The notes: generated by a model not told the origin, from the letters alone. 64,000 bases of DNA from a virus (IMGVR_UViG_2747842453_000003:32001-96000); one strand, 5' to 3'. Shown: positions 9,491 through 20,161, counted from the first letter of the stretch. Translations and numbers: made by a program.

Positions 9491-9519
9491 TTTATATAGT
9501 GATTCGTTTAAGATGTCAA
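9491..9519 (-). promoter_or_regulatory. sigma70 promoter, CGAATCAC class (copy 2)
   Basis: TTGACA TCTTAAACGAATCACTA TATAAA. Confidence 0.85.
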
Positions 9520-9644
9520 GTATTAATTATGTAATTATCATTAAAACGGTAATCGTGGGCATCAATACGAAAATTATAGATGCCATAATAACATGAATAC
9601 AATGCCAAACTGTCTTTTCCATAGTATTATCATTCCTCTGGTTA

Positions 9645-10304
9645 TTAGAAATAATTCGCAGTATATTTCATTAACTGTTTAATTTGTTTTGATTCGATTG
9701 CAAAGTATTCCCGATAACGTTTATATACTGGGAGTTCTTCTAAGAACCTTTCTGGACCTCTCAGTGCGTCTAGTGGTACATCAGTATCTCGTATCTCTGC
9801 TGCTAAATCATGACCATACGCCATCAATTCATGCGGATCACGTAAGTAACTACGCATCAAATCACGTTCGGTGCCACCAGCCTTCTTTAACTCAACACCC
9901 TTCATATAACCTGATTTGTATGTAACCAACACCGTTGGATCAAATTTGTCATACTGTTTCCAATGAATAGTTTCATGAGCCAACATACGCATGATTACCT
10001 TTTTAAATGTTTTTGGTCCCCATACTTTTACTAAGTTAGTAGCGTGTAAAAATACTCTTACACTTTTACCTTCAATGGGATCCCAATCGGCTGCAGCACT
10101 AACCCATTCATCTGGGTCTTTACGAACTGAATGGTCAGTAATAAATTCAATAGGCAAATCATCGAAATTGTTAGCATTTAAAATCTCCTCAAGTTCATCA
10201 ATATCATCAACATCATTATGATCAGAAAGATATTCAGAATATTCTGAACATCCTTCATCAATCATTATTTCTACTTGGTCAAGGAAATCTAAATCAGGTT
10301 GCAT
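9645..10304 (-). CDS. HEXXH-motif protein (putative metallopeptidase)
   Basis: LAHETIHWKQ plus downstream PHELMAY. Confidence 0.6.
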   Translation of the reverse strand: MQPDLDFLDQVEIMIDEGCSEYSEYLSDHNDVDDIDELEEILNANNFDDLPIEFITDHSVRKDPDEWVSAAADWDPIEGKSVRVFLHATNLVKVWGPKTFKKVIMRMLAHETIHWKQYDKFDPTVLVTYKSGYMKGVELKKAGGTERDLMRSYLRDPHELMAYGHDLAAEIRDTDVPLDALRGPERFLEELPVYKRYREYFAIESKQIKQLMKYTANYF

Positions 10305-10313
10305 ATTTTATCC

Positions 10314-10652
10314 TTAGCGTAAGTAGTTAGGACCAGTCCACTGAACTGTATAATCATTTGAAAGAATATTGCCACGGGCAGAATTTCGTGCAGGAGCATT
10401 GAAGCCTGCTGCTTTTAGAATATCGCCGCGCTTGAATTTCTTATCGTTGTCAGTGTTGACAATAAAACCCCAAACACCATTATTAATAATTTTAATGTAT
10501 TTGCTACCAGTCTTAACAGTAAGACGATTGTTAAACTCATTAATCATATTCTGAACGTGTGTTTCAGCATCGGCAAAAGACTTACCACGAAGTAACCATT
10601 TGGCATAGTCTGCTTTGATTGTAGCGATAAGAGTGTCAATTTGATTTTGCAT
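10314..10652 (-). CDS. phage hypothetical protein
   Basis: 112 aa, GSKYIKI...GDILKAAGFNAPARNSARGNI. Confidence 0.8.
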   Translation of the reverse strand: MQNQIDTLIATIKADYAKWLLRGKSFADAETHVQNMINEFNNRLTVKTGSKYIKIINNGVWGFIVNTDNDKKFKRGDILKAAGFNAPARNSARGNILSNDYTVQWTGPNYLR

Positions 10653-10683
10653 TGTGAGATCCTTTGTTTCAATCTATACTTAC

Positions 10684-10712
10684 TTTATATAGTGATTCGT
10701 TTAGAATGTCAA
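10684..10712 (-). promoter_or_regulatory. sigma70 promoter, CGAATCAC class (copy 3)
   Basis: TTGACA TTCTAAACGAATCACTA TATAAA. Confidence 0.85.
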
Positions 10713-10903
10713 GTGTTTAATCATAAAAATTGCCCAATACCCAAATAAATTTTGTTTCGCTTACTTGATTCCATATCCCATCTTGCCAATTAGACCATAA
10801 TAATGCACGATTGGCATCTTCCATTATATCAATTCCATTTTCTGCATCAGCAGTAAATGTTTTGCCCATGGCTTCAAACGTAAATTTTTTCATAATCGCA
10901 ACC

Positions 10904-11395
10904 TTAATCCCATAAGTTTTCATAGTATTTGCCGAACAATGCAAATGCATTTGTAAGGCGTTCTTGTGTTTCTTTCATGCAAGCCTTGCATACTGGATCA
11001 CCAAAGTTTGCACATTTGTCTGCACAAATGTCGCCAGCATCCATTTCTTTTGACTTGTGTTCAAATGCCCAAATCATTTCACCTAGGATCCAATCCCAAC
11101 GTTCAAAGTGTTTAGGATCGGTATCGCCGCCTTTGCCGTATGCGTCTAGTTGTTTTTTAGTAGCACGTAGTTCTTTTGGAACGTCTTTCATGTCAACCAT
11201 CGGAGCACCGTGTTTGGTCTCTTTCAACTGTACAAGCATAGGCAAAATGATAGGAGCAAGGGTATGATCCATACTCCACGTGTCCCATTTGTGAATCTTT
11301 ATACTTGTTTTTTGTTTAGGAGAATATCCAAACCAATTATATAACCAGTTGTGATAGAACCTATGATTAGGATAGTTTCCAATTTTTACTCGCAT
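10904..11395 (-). CDS. phage hypothetical protein
   Basis: 163 aa, WDTWSMDHTLA...LFGKYYENLWD. Confidence 0.8.
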   Translation of the reverse strand: MRVKIGNYPNHRFYHNWLYNWFGYSPKQKTSIKIHKWDTWSMDHTLAPIILPMLVQLKETKHGAPMVDMKDVPKELRATKKQLDAYGKGGDTDPKHFERWDWILGEMIWAFEHKSKEMDAGDICADKCANFGDPVCKACMKETQERLTNAFALFGKYYENLWD

Positions 11396-11407
11396 AGTTT
11401 ATACTTT

Positions 11408-11608
11408 CTAATTTATTAGTTTTGGACCAGAAGAAGTAAATTCCATGCCATGGGCATTTCCAACATATACTTTGCCATTCCAAAACATTCTAATTTTATT
11501 AGATGCAATATAAGCATCAAATGATTTACCTGGACGCATTTGGTCTGCGTCTACTTCAACACTGATGTTATTCATTGTGTTGGTAAGAATTGCGATATTA
11601 TCATACAT
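11408..11608 (-). CDS. hypothetical protein
   Basis: 66 aa, AAGGA SD. Confidence 0.65.
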   Translation of the reverse strand: MYDNIAILTNTMNNISVEVDADQMRPGKSFDAYIASNKIRMFWNGKVYVGNAHGMEFTSSGPKLIN

Positions 11609-11979
11609 TAATTATTCCTTATTAAAGTTACCTTGTATCCAATAAAATTATAACAATTTTTGTAGATAATAATATTCATCAACTGCAAAATAACATTTTT
11701 TATTAGTTCTTCCTCGAATAGGATTTATTGTATTTCGAGTGTATGCCGTTATTTCATAATAATAGTCTAGCCAAACTATACGATTTGTTCTTATGAATAC
11801 TCTATAATCATCTGGTATCATTGAATGAATTACCGATGTGCTATCTTCGTACTCCCATAGAACATGTGGTATCTTTGCAAATCTTTTTATAATTTTCCAT
11901 TCATGCATAGGTTCATAGTACGATATGTCATATGGAGTTGTTGCTATTCTAGCCACAGCATTTTTTGGTATATTTAATA

Positions 11980-12273
11980 TCATCGTGGATGAAACTTTTT
12001 GTATAGTTGTAGTAAATTAACAGGCTCAGGTTTTTTATCTGTAGATTGTGATTTGCGTATATACACTCGCCATGCCCCGGTGTTAGGATCGAGTCGTTCA
12101 CATTTTATTGAATATGGATCTGCACTTACCCAGCCTATAAATTCTCTTGCCATAATACCATGTCCAGTTATTACTACTGTTTTTTTTACTTTGTTAAAAT
12201 AACACAGTTGTGTATGACTTCTATACTTTTGCCATGCATTGTGTACCGTTAGTCCATGTAAATCTAAAGCCAT
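11980..12273 (-). CDS. Smr/MutS2-domain protein
   Basis: LDLHGLTV...VVITGHG...NTGAWRV. Confidence 0.85.
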   Translation of the reverse strand: MALDLHGLTVHNAWQKYRSHTQLCYFNKVKKTVVITGHGIMAREFIGWVSADPYSIKCERLDPNTGAWRVYIRKSQSTDKKPEPVNLLQLYKKFHPR

Positions 12274-12282
12274 CGGTGTTCA

Positions 12283-12732
12283 TTAATCTGCGTGTTTATT
12301 AACATTCCAGTTAAACATACCAGACATAAGCATTGTTTTTGAATCATTAGTCACAGAGATTGTGTAGGGATATCTATGATTAACGAATATAATACGATTT
12401 TTAACTATAGGATATGTTCTGCCGTCAATGGTTATTTCAGGATCAGATATAGGAGATACGTTTATAATAAATCTAGAGTTAGTATCTAATATTTTTTGTG
12501 TATCATGATAATCATTATTAAAGGCTACTTCATGGTATTCTATTTTAATATCCGAAATTATTTCTTGTAATACTTTCTCAATATTATCTTTAATTGAATT
12601 AATATTGCCCGTACCATTATTAAGAATATATTTTTTAATATCTATTTCTGTCTTAGACGAAATACTTCCCATTACTTTATACATAGGCATACGAAATTCT
12701 AATGCCTCAATTTTGTCAACAATTCTACTCAT
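12283..12732 (-). CDS. hypothetical protein
   Basis: 149 aa in an operon. Confidence 0.65.
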   Translation of the reverse strand: MSRIVDKIEALEFRMPMYKVMGSISSKTEIDIKKYILNNGTGNINSIKDNIEKVLQEIISDIKIEYHEVAFNNDYHDTQKILDTNSRFIINVSPISDPEITIDGRTYPIVKNRIIFVNHRYPYTISVTNDSKTMLMSGMFNWNVNKHAD

Positions 12733-13051
12733 TATTATTGCCTTTCATAACAAGGCCTTCATCCTTGCATTCTTTTAAAAAATCGTTATAATGTTTTGGA
12801 TATGCAAGTATTACATGTTGCATAATATCTTTATAATCACGTGTTTCACTGCGATTGGTTTCTATTTTACCAGCAGTAATATTAATTATTGTGGTTGCCT
12901 CTTGCCACCAACGCTTACGAATTCGTGTTACGAAAAATACTTCTTCAAACATTTCCCAATTGCCTTCATTCAGAAAATTTTTCATTGATGTGTTTTCGCC
13001 TGCAGCTGGTCTAAATTTATGAACCAGAACAATATATGCATTTTTTGCCAT
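12725..13051 (-). CDS. hypothetical protein
   Basis: 108 aa in an operon. Confidence 0.7.
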   Translation of the reverse strand: MAKNAYIVLVHKFRPAAGENTSMKNFLNEGNWEMFEEVFFVTRIRKRWWQEATTIINITAGKIETNRSETRDYKDIMQHVILAYPKHYNDFLKECKDEGLVMKGNNNE

Positions 13052-13052
13052 A

Positions 13053-13472
13053 TTAAATTACTACCAACTTATTATTTTCTATAATTAATTTATTTCTATC
13101 TTTTATATTTATCGTACATATAATCCAATCTTTTGTTTGAATTAATTTAGTATAATATTTAATATCTTTGCACATATGCTGCAGCGACTCATATTTATAA
13201 CCAATTGAGTTAGGATCTCCAATTATAACATATTCGTGTTTTTTTAGGTCTATTTGTTTTTCAAAATACTTTAATGCATAATGTAAATCATTTGTATCAT
13301 TTACCACTGTTTTAACATTGTCTTCTACAATTTTTTCACGAAACGGATTTGGAGAATCTCGATCTTCTGCTATACAACTTGCAACAATTTCACGATGTAA
13401 TTGTAAAAGATATGAATCATAATAGGCATCATCAATAATTATTCTTGGTTCATATTCATTTGTATATTCCAT
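13053..13472 (-). CDS. hypothetical protein
   Basis: 139 aa in an operon. Confidence 0.65.
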   Translation of the reverse strand: MEYTNEYEPRIIIDDAYYDSYLLQLHREIVASCIAEDRDSPNPFREKIVEDNVKTVVNDTNDLHYALKYFEKQIDLKKHEYVIIGDPNSIGYKYESLQHMCKDIKYYTKLIQTKDWIICTINIKDRNKLIIENNKLVVI

Positions 13473-13475
13473 TTT

Positions 13476-14429
13476 TTAATTATTACCAATATGCTGAAGT
13501 TCAAGTAGTGTTGCACTAAGATTAATTTCAGGATCTGCCACTAATGCATGATTTACTAGTCCATCACGGATACAAATGAGCGCGCGTCCTTGCGTAATAT
13601 CATCTTCGCCGAACCATGTTAGATTTTCATATAACTTTCTATATACACCTTCATACTCTTGTGCTTGTGCTTTAGAAACAATTAGTTTACGTGCCTCTGC
13701 AATCTTACCAATCTGAAATAAGGCAACATATTCTAGTACCCAATCGCTTTCGCCACTCTCACCTTGTCCTGGCTGCTGTAGTTTATTATCAACGATTGAT
13801 TGCTGTACCATATTAATACATTTACGTAAATCTGGATAGGCTGATTTAACATAAACATCAAGTGTATCAATATCTAAATCAATGCCTTCGCTAATAAGAA
13901 TAGTTGCAACTCTTGCTGCAAATTCTTGTTCGTCTAATTTCTCAATATGATATCCCTGGCATCGTGAATGAATTGCAGGAATTACTTTGTTGGGATAATT
14001 ACATGTAAGAATAAATCTACAAGTCATAGAAAATGCTTCCATCATATTACGCAAGATTGCTTGTGCACTTGGTGATAGATAGTCGGCTTCATCTAATAGT
14101 ACATACTTGAAGTCACCACCAAATGGTAGACTACTTGCAAAGCCATTAATCTTGTTTCTCATTGTATCTACATTATTTTCATTTGATGCATTAATAATCA
14201 TGATATCGCCGCCATCAACGTCCAATTCATTTAATAGAACTTTTGCGAGTGTGGTTTTTCCTGTGCCGGCAGCACCACTGAATAATAAATGTGGAATTGC
14301 TCCACTATCTACCCATGATTTAACTTGACGTTTTTGTTTCTCGTCCCGAAATACGTAATCTTTTGTCGTGTTCGGCCGATACTTTTCTACCCATAATTCT
14401 TTCAAGTTCTTCTCCGTATTGCTCTTCAA
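13476..14429 (-). CDS. sliding-clamp loader AAA+ subunit (T4 gp44 / RFC-small-like)
   Basis: LWVEKYRP, PHLLFSGAAGTGKTT, INAS, LLDEADYL, FILTCNY, IHSRC, PDLRK. Confidence 0.92.
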   Translation of the reverse strand: MKSNTEKNLKELWVEKYRPNTTKDYVFRDEKQKRQVKSWVDSGAIPHLLFSGAAGTGKTTLAKVLLNELDVDGGDIMIINASNENNVDTMRNKINGFASSLPFGGDFKYVLLDEADYLSPSAQAILRNMMEAFSMTCRFILTCNYPNKVIPAIHSRCQGYHIEKLDEQEFAARVATILISEGIDLDIDTLDVYVKSAYPDLRKCINMVQQSIVDNKLQQPGQGESGESDWVLEYVALFQIGKIAEARKLIVSKAQAQEYEGVYRKLYENLTWFGEDDITQGRALICIRDGLVNHALVADPEINLSATLLELQHIGNN

Positions 14430-14521
14430 ATTTTTGTTCTAATTGATTCATGTATTGACTATTATCGTCTAACATTTCACTTAGTTTAACACATTTTATT
14501 TTCATTGTCAAGTTTCTTTCT

Positions 14522-14878
14522 TTATAACGCACTTTGAACTAAGTTCATCATTACCGCAGTACCACTAATACTACTACCAATCATAATTGCACGGTCACTC
14601 CACGCCATACCCACATACACCCATCCTATTGAACTAATTACATATGAAACTTGTCCTAAAAATGCCATATTTGCACTAATAAGAAATACACCGGTAACTG
14701 CTAAAATCATACTAAGCCATTTAACATACCAATCGATAGTACCAGTTGGTGTCGTTGGTGTGAGGTCCTCGACTTCTGTTTGTAGTTCTGATAGTTCTTG
14801 CTTTAATCTCTTGCGTTCTTGTGCATATTCAATCGCAAGTTTTTTAGCGTTACTTTCTTTTAATTCTGTATCTACCAT
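14522..14878 (-). CDS. small membrane protein
   Basis: Coiled-coil N-terminus, three hydrophobic segments, DWYVKW...WSDRA. Confidence 0.7.
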   Translation of the reverse strand: MVDTELKESNAKKLAIEYAQERKRLKQELSELQTEVEDLTPTTPTGTIDWYVKWLSMILAVTGVFLISANMAFLGQVSYVISSIGWVYVGMAWSDRAIMIGSSISGTAVMMNLVQSAL

Positions 14879-14887
14879 TTTAATCTC

Positions 14888-15202
14888 TTATGTTATTCTT
14901 TTTCTCACGGTGCCTGACTTGGTATAGTATGTCTGTCTGACACTCTGTAGTCCGCCTAGTACTCTACCTGGATAATCGCCCAAGTATGTACCTGCACGTA
15001 AATCATCGGGATTAATTAATTCTTTATGAAAATGATCGATATCATCCCACACACTTAGCATTGTTTTTCCCATTTCATCAAAAAAACTGTCACTAAAAAT
15101 AGGGTTATCATCTTTGTAATATGCATATGCCGCCATTAAATACCACGGTATCATCATATTAACATTGTTAGCAAATATTTTTGCTGCGTGAGTATCTAGC
15201 AT
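14888..15202 (-). CDS. stand-alone LigA N-terminal (domain Ia)-like protein
   Basis: AAYAYYKDDNPIFSDSFFD resembles LigA YYxxDxPxxSDxxYD. Confidence 0.55.
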   Translation of the reverse strand: MLDTHAAKIFANNVNMMIPWYLMAAYAYYKDDNPIFSDSFFDEMGKTMLSVWDDIDHFHKELINPDDLRAGTYLGDYPGRVLGGLQSVRQTYYTKSGTVRKRIT

Positions 15203-15323
15203 TACTTTACCTGTTTGAAGGTTAATGGGATATAGTGTGCATCCAAATCATCACGGTATTCCATGGCGTCAAGCACACAATCAAATGTGCGACTTATAGT
15301 TTTACCATTTATTGTTCCGATTA

Positions 15324-15554
15324 TTACATACATTTTACACCAATATCTGTGAGCATTATTTTTGCTAGAGAGGTTTTATCTAATGTTTGACCTTCTAGTG
15401 TATCTTCTAGTAGCATTTGAAAAAGAGTTTCAAACATTAATTGTTCACTATATAATAGTTTATCTTTGAAATCTCTCATTTGTTCAGGTGTTTCTAATTG
15501 CCAGATAGCATCCATCATTAGACATTGTTCTTGTGTTAAATTATAAAGAGTCAT
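15324..15554 (-). CDS. hypothetical protein
   Basis: 76 aa. Confidence 0.6.
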   Translation of the reverse strand: MTLYNLTQEQCLMMDAIWQLETPEQMRDFKDKLLYSEQLMFETLFQMLLEDTLEGQTLDKTSLAKIMLTDIGVKCM

Positions 15555-15565
15555 CTTATTACCTA

Positions 15566-15820
15566 TTAGAGTAATGATTTAAATAAATCAATAGAATTAT
15601 TCCATAGTGCGACCAACATATTAAATAGATCGGTTGAAATCCATGTGATAATATCGATTGATAGTGTCGCTAAAAGATTTGCAGCGAGTAAAATTATGAT
15701 AAGATTTAACTTGAATTTGAGACCTCGCCACATGTTTTTACGAATCGTCAACGCTTTTTCTAATTCTAGAGGACTTGCATCATCTAGTCCATATACTACT
15801 GCTTGTGTTTTTTTATCCAT
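15566..15820 (-). CDS. hypothetical membrane protein
   Basis: 84 aa with a TM segment. Confidence 0.6.
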   Translation of the reverse strand: MDKKTQAVVYGLDDASPLELEKALTIRKNMWRGLKFKLNLIIILLAANLLATLSIDIITWISTDLFNMLVALWNNSIDLFKSLL

Positions 15821-16023
15821 AATATGTTTAGTCCATTCTATCTATGCCACTGTCTTGGCAGGGCCACGTATCTTCATCTTTGGGAAATAAATCATTTAGT
15901 ATATCATTTACTTCATATATAGTAATCATATTCTGTTCTTCAACTGACAAATAATTGTTTCTGTGATTTCTTATCATTTTCATCAAATGATTTGGAACCT
16001 CACTTAAACATTTATAATTAAAA

Positions 16024-16239
16024 TTATTCATCGAACTTCATATATTCTACTTGTTGGTCACCGTTCTCTAATGTTCTACGACTTTTAACACGAATAAATT
16101 TTAACTCTTCTAGTTCTGTTAATATAAAATCAGTAGCACTAATTGCACCAATTTTACGACCATGGTGCCTTCCCATAAGAAAGATAACTCCTGCAATTAA
16201 TACGGCCCACCAGCCCGACGGTTCTGTAAACATTTCCAT
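16024..16239 (-). CDS. hypothetical membrane protein
   Basis: AGGAG SD; downstream of the promoter at 16261-16289. Confidence 0.65.
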   Translation of the reverse strand: MEMFTEPSGWWAVLIAGVIFLMGRHHGRKIGAISATDFILTELEELKFIRVKSRRTLENGDQQVEYMKFDE

Positions 16240-16260
16240 TTTTATCTCCTATACATTAGT

Positions 16261-16289
16261 AATATATATTGATTCTATTACAATGTCAA
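16261..16289 (-). promoter_or_regulatory. sigma70 promoter with GAATC in the same register as the CGAATCAC class
   Basis: TTGACA TTGTAATAGAATCAATA TATATT. Confidence 0.7.
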
Positions 16290-16293
16290 GTAG

Positions 16294-16722
16294 TTATTTT
16301 TTTAATCTATTAATTTCTTCTGCATTCTTTGCAATATTATCATCCTGTGTCTGATCAATAATGGTTTTTAGTTTTTGTGCTTTCTCTTCTTCACTATCAA
16401 TGTGTAGGTCTTTCTTTATAACCTTTTCTAATTTTAGCATAGGAATACGCTCATTAGGAACATATCTCCATGTATATCCTCGGTCTGAGTAGACACCGAA
16501 TACAGTTTCAGTCATTCCTATTTTAACTATCATGGCTAATTCGCCATCTAGTAATACCTCGTGACCTTCTTGAAATGCTGGATTAGTTTTGAACTTTAGA
16601 CCTTTAGCAAGTCCGGTTGCGAAGTCTTTAAACCATATTGCAACTACCAATGAAATTAGTACACCAACCCACGGTAGTAATAAATCACTAAATTCCATAC
16701 TCAAAGTATCCAAACTTGCCAT
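16294..16722 (-). CDS. minimal MscS-family mechanosensitive channel domain protein
   Basis: TM, then FQEGHEVLLDG...IVKIGMTETVF...YVPNERI. Confidence 0.7.
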   Translation of the reverse strand: MASLDTLSMEFSDLLLPWVGVLISLVVAIWFKDFATGLAKGLKFKTNPAFQEGHEVLLDGELAMIVKIGMTETVFGVYSDRGYTWRYVPNERIPMLKLEKVIKKDLHIDSEEEKAQKLKTIIDQTQDDNIAKNAEEINRLKK

Positions 16723-16744
16723 ACTTATCCCCTATAATATAAGG

Positions 16745-16752
16745 TATTTATA
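16745..16752 (-). promoter_or_regulatory. T4-type late promoter element TATAAATA; also at 20142-20149, 44731-44738, 58511-58518, 59846-59853 (-) and 63255-63262 (+)
   Basis: Exact TATAAATA in intergenic positions upstream of genes; no gp55-like sigma in the window, so function is inferred. Confidence 0.6.
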
Positions 16753-16764
16753 TAAATTGACAAT

Positions 16765-16805
16765 AAAAAAGCGCCCAGAAGGACGCTTTTTAGTTTTTAT
16801 AGAAC
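16765..16805 (-). terminator. intrinsic terminator, near-identical to 20162-20202
   Basis: AAAAAGCGTCC-loop-GGGCGCTTTTTT. Confidence 0.85.
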
Positions 16806-16818
16806 TTTAATCTTGTTG

Positions 16819-19800
16819 TTATGCCTGCTTTCTTGCTGGCGGAGTAAAGCCTGGTGGTGTTTCAAGAAGATCTGGATTATGAATTCCACCACCCGTATAA
16901 ACTTCTATATCGGTCATCCATGAGTTTACGCTTGCAAAATGGACGTTCGCCTTGTTTGTAAGACCGGATATATCACTTGCATCTTCGTTTACAACTACTT
17001 CACCATTTATATAATGAACTATACGCCCATTTGATTGAAGTTCAATTGCAAAATGAAGCCATCCCTGAGTATCCAATCTTGTAGTACCATTAGCACTATG
17101 CGTATAATAGTCAAACTGTCCATTGGAAAGCCATGCAAGCGTATGAGGATAGTTGCTGTCAGAAGTGAGATATTGAGCATAGGAATATAGCGCGCTACTG
17201 CCCGAAGTAATCGTAGTCATATCTTCCCACATTGTGGGTTGAGCGGTTCCAAACTTTATGTAATATTGGTAGGTCATTCCTTCACTAAGATCATCAGTTG
17301 ACCAAATGTGAACTGATTTGCCGGGCGCAGGGTCATTCAATACGTTTGGATTGTTGCGCATGGCATATGAGCCGTCTTCAAGACCCCAACTATTTCCCCA
17401 ACCTGTAGGATGGTGTAATGCAACATAATCTGTAGCATTTGTATCTAATTTAGAGTCACTGACGGCTGCAAATGACTCACTATCTCCACTCAATGACCAC
17501 ATCGGAGTTGGGACTGTATTAACTGATTCTTCTTCAGCAACTTCATTCGAGCCTAAAGATTTAGTTGGTGGTGTGAAATCTGCAGTGTATAACACGGAGC
17601 CACTAGTAATTCTAAAATCTTGTATATATCCACTGAACTTTTCGTAATCGCCCGCTCTTGCACCTATTCCTAAATCTCTTGTGGTTGTCATTGGACTGCC
17701 AGTTTTGGCTATGACATGTCGAAGTACTCCATCAACATAGAATGTGTAATTACTGCCGTCCCATGTATATGCTATATGATACCAGGTATTTGGTAATAAT
17801 GTATCAATCCCACTAGAACCAATGTCTGAACGAGTATCTAAAGTATAACTTGAGCCGCTGTGCGATGCAAGTGCATGTAATTTATCACCTAACAATGAAA
17901 GGTATATTGGTCCATATACGCCTGATGTGCCTTGATTACAAATTGTTCTCCATGTACTACCTGAAAGATCAGTTGCATTTATCCATGTTTCTAGTGTATA
18001 TGATTCCCCATTACTAAAATCTATCAAATTCAATGGGTCTTCAACAAGTAAACGATCATCGGAACCGTCAAAATACATTGAATATGAATTAGCAAATTTT
18101 GATTCTGTATTTGATCCTGTCGCACCGCCTATTAATTGTATTCTATTCCCTGATTGTGATTTATCTATAATAGAAGCATTGGTACCTGTAATATGTAACT
18201 CGGCAGCAGATGAAGATAATGAAGCAGTGAGGGGTGTAAAATCTCCATCATATACATATGATCCAGTGACTAATCTTATGGATGAAACCTGAGATTTGAC
18301 TCCATTAAAAAATGTTCTAGAAGTTGAAGAGCCTGTCAAATCTGCACCATCACTAAAAGTTGAATTTTCGTTATAAGTAGTAAGTGTTTGATTCACACCA
18401 TTTACATAAATTTCAACAGTGCCATTTCTTCGTTGGGCTACAACATGTGTCCATTGTTTTTGTGGTAACCAATAGTTATTAACAAATTTTCCTACAGTGT
18501 AACTACCGTATAGACCATAAGCAAAAGTTAAACCATTATATCCAGCGTAAGTTGATTGAGTTAAACTCCACCCCACACCACTGCCATTGTATTCGGTACT
18601 TATAAAAATTCGAGCAGTATTCGTAAAATCTTCCTCGGGATAAATCCAGAATTCAAATGTAAAATCATCAGTGCCTAAATTAAGAGCATCCGATACTACC
18701 AAATTATCACCACTGCCATCAAAATATACAGACCCGCCGTGGTCTGTTGAAACATATTCTGTATAGTCATATGGTGCAAATGGCAATGTGGAAACGATGC
18801 CATTTACTGTAATTGAGTGATCATTCGTTGATCCATCTGAAATGTATGGAAGATGACAAGTAAGTAGAGAGGTGTTTGTTACAGCAGTCAGGCGTTCAGT
18901 TGGTGGAGTAAAGTCATCGGTATAAATTGCAGAACCTTTTACAATTCTAAAATCTGAAATATATCCATTATACCCAGTAGTCGGACCATTTACACCCTGG
19001 CCTATTAATACAGACTTGGTACTGCCCAAATCGCCAATACTGGTTCTTGAAGCTGCAAGGGTTCCATTAATAAATATTCTCCATACTCCGCTCTCTCTAG
19101 TAAGGGCAATGTGTGTCCATTCTCTAGTTATAGTAACTCCAGAACTAACCACCACATTGTGAGGCCCATCATAGAACTGAATTACACCGGATGTATCCAA
19201 GTATATGCCAGTTCCCTCTGCCGCAACGGCATCCCGAATGTCTATAATAGCGCCACCAGATAATGAACTTAATGTACCACCCCAATAAGTCCATAATTCT
19301 ATTGTAAAATCACCAGTACCAAAGCCAAATGCAGGGTCGCTTGCAATACTTAAATTTTCAGTCGGATCAAAATATGTACTATACCCGCCGCTTCTATAAG
19401 GACTAAATGTACCAGAAACAGCATCACCATTTGTTGTCACTGTGTGGTTATTAGTAGATGAATCTATTATACTATTATCAGATGCTCCTGTTGCTGTTAC
19501 AAGTAATACTGTATTACTTGAATTTAAAGAAGGAAGATCTGGTGCTGCAGCAGCAACAGAACCCATTCCACTATGTATTTCACAGTAATAGTATAGCGTA
19601 GGTGCACCAACTTCTACTGTAATTTCTGTGTATGCGTCTGCTTGCCCAGGCACCCCATTATAAGTAACACCGGTTGTATATTCACTTCCGCTATCATGTG
19701 CACCGTTTGCAGTTGTGCTAAACTTTAATGGATGTCCGGTATTAGTACTGTCACTTTGATCAAATCTATAGGTTTCACCTTCAGTTAATGTAACTGTTGG

Positions 19801-20115
19801 ACTAGCGCCTGTCAAATCAGTAATATAATATTTGTTACCAGTACTATATGCGTTTGTTCCACTAGCAACTGTGACTACATAGGTTGTTCCGCTAAATGCT
19901 GTTCCTTCACCAACCAAATTTCCATCAACATCAGTTAGATCGGTTAAATCAACTGGCACATCACTTAATTTTGCCATTGGAATACCACCTGCAGTAGTAC
20001 CATCATGTAATATTATTGTATTGTTTGTTGTATCAAATGTTACTTCTGCCATTTCGCCTGTAAAGGCCTCATGTTCAGTATCAGTTCCTTGACGTAGTTT
20101 TACCGATCTTGCCAT
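16819..20115 (-). CDS. tail fibre / receptor-binding-like virion protein (Mtd_N-like N-terminus, cupredoxin-like domain, multiple LamG domains)
   Basis: VKLRQGT...GEMAEVTFDTT...HDGTTAGG; TLYYYCEIHSGMG; repeated DFTIELW...WTHIA...GYISDFRI LamG units. Confidence 0.8.
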   Translation of the reverse strand: MARSVKLRQGTDTEHEAFTGEMAEVTFDTTNNTIILHDGTTAGGIPMAKLSDVPVDLTDLTDVDGNLVGEGTAFSGTTYVVTVASGTNAYSTGNKYYITDLTGASPTVTLTEGETYRFDQSDSTNTGHPLKFSTTANGAHDSGSEYTTGVTYNGVPGQADAYTEITVEVGAPTLYYYCEIHSGMGSVAAAAPDLPSLNSSNTVLLVTATGASDNSIIDSSTNNHTVTTNGDAVSGTFSPYRSGGYSTYFDPTENLSIASDPAFGFGTGDFTIELWTYWGGTLSSLSGGAIIDIRDAVAAEGTGIYLDTSGVIQFYDGPHNVVVSSGVTITREWTHIALTRESGVWRIFINGTLAASRTSIGDLGSTKSVLIGQGVNGPTTGYNGYISDFRIVKGSAIYTDDFTPPTERLTAVTNTSLLTCHLPYISDGSTNDHSITVNGIVSTLPFAPYDYTEYVSTDHGGSVYFDGSGDNLVVSDALNLGTDDFTFEFWIYPEEDFTNTARIFISTEYNGSGVGWSLTQSTYAGYNGLTFAYGLYGSYTVGKFVNNYWLPQKQWTHVVAQRRNGTVEIYVNGVNQTLTTYNENSTFSDGADLTGSSTSRTFFNGVKSQVSSIRLVTGSYVYDGDFTPLTASLSSSAAELHITGTNASIIDKSQSGNRIQLIGGATGSNTESKFANSYSMYFDGSDDRLLVEDPLNLIDFSNGESYTLETWINATDLSGSTWRTICNQGTSGVYGPIYLSLLGDKLHALASHSGSSYTLDTRSDIGSSGIDTLLPNTWYHIAYTWDGSNYTFYVDGVLRHVIAKTGSPMTTTRDLGIGARAGDYEKFSGYIQDFRITSGSVLYTADFTPPTKSLGSNEVAEEESVNTVPTPMWSLSGDSESFAAVSDSKLDTNATDYVALHHPTGWGNSWGLEDGSYAMRNNPNVLNDPAPGKSVHIWSTDDLSEGMTYQYYIKFGTAQPTMWEDMTTITSGSSALYSYAQYLTSDSNYPHTLAWLSNGQFDYYTHSANGTTRLDTQGWLHFAIELQSNGRIVHYINGEVVVNEDASDISGLTNKANVHFASVNSWMTDIEVYTGGGIHNPDLLETPPGFTPPARKQA
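19916..20103. repeat. 188-bp exact direct repeat, copy 1 (copy 2 at 22107-22294)
   Basis: Base-by-base identity; encodes the shared N-terminal domain. Confidence 0.95.
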
Positions 20116-20161
20116 ATACTTTGCTCCTAAATTGTTACATGTATTTATATTTTTAAGAATT

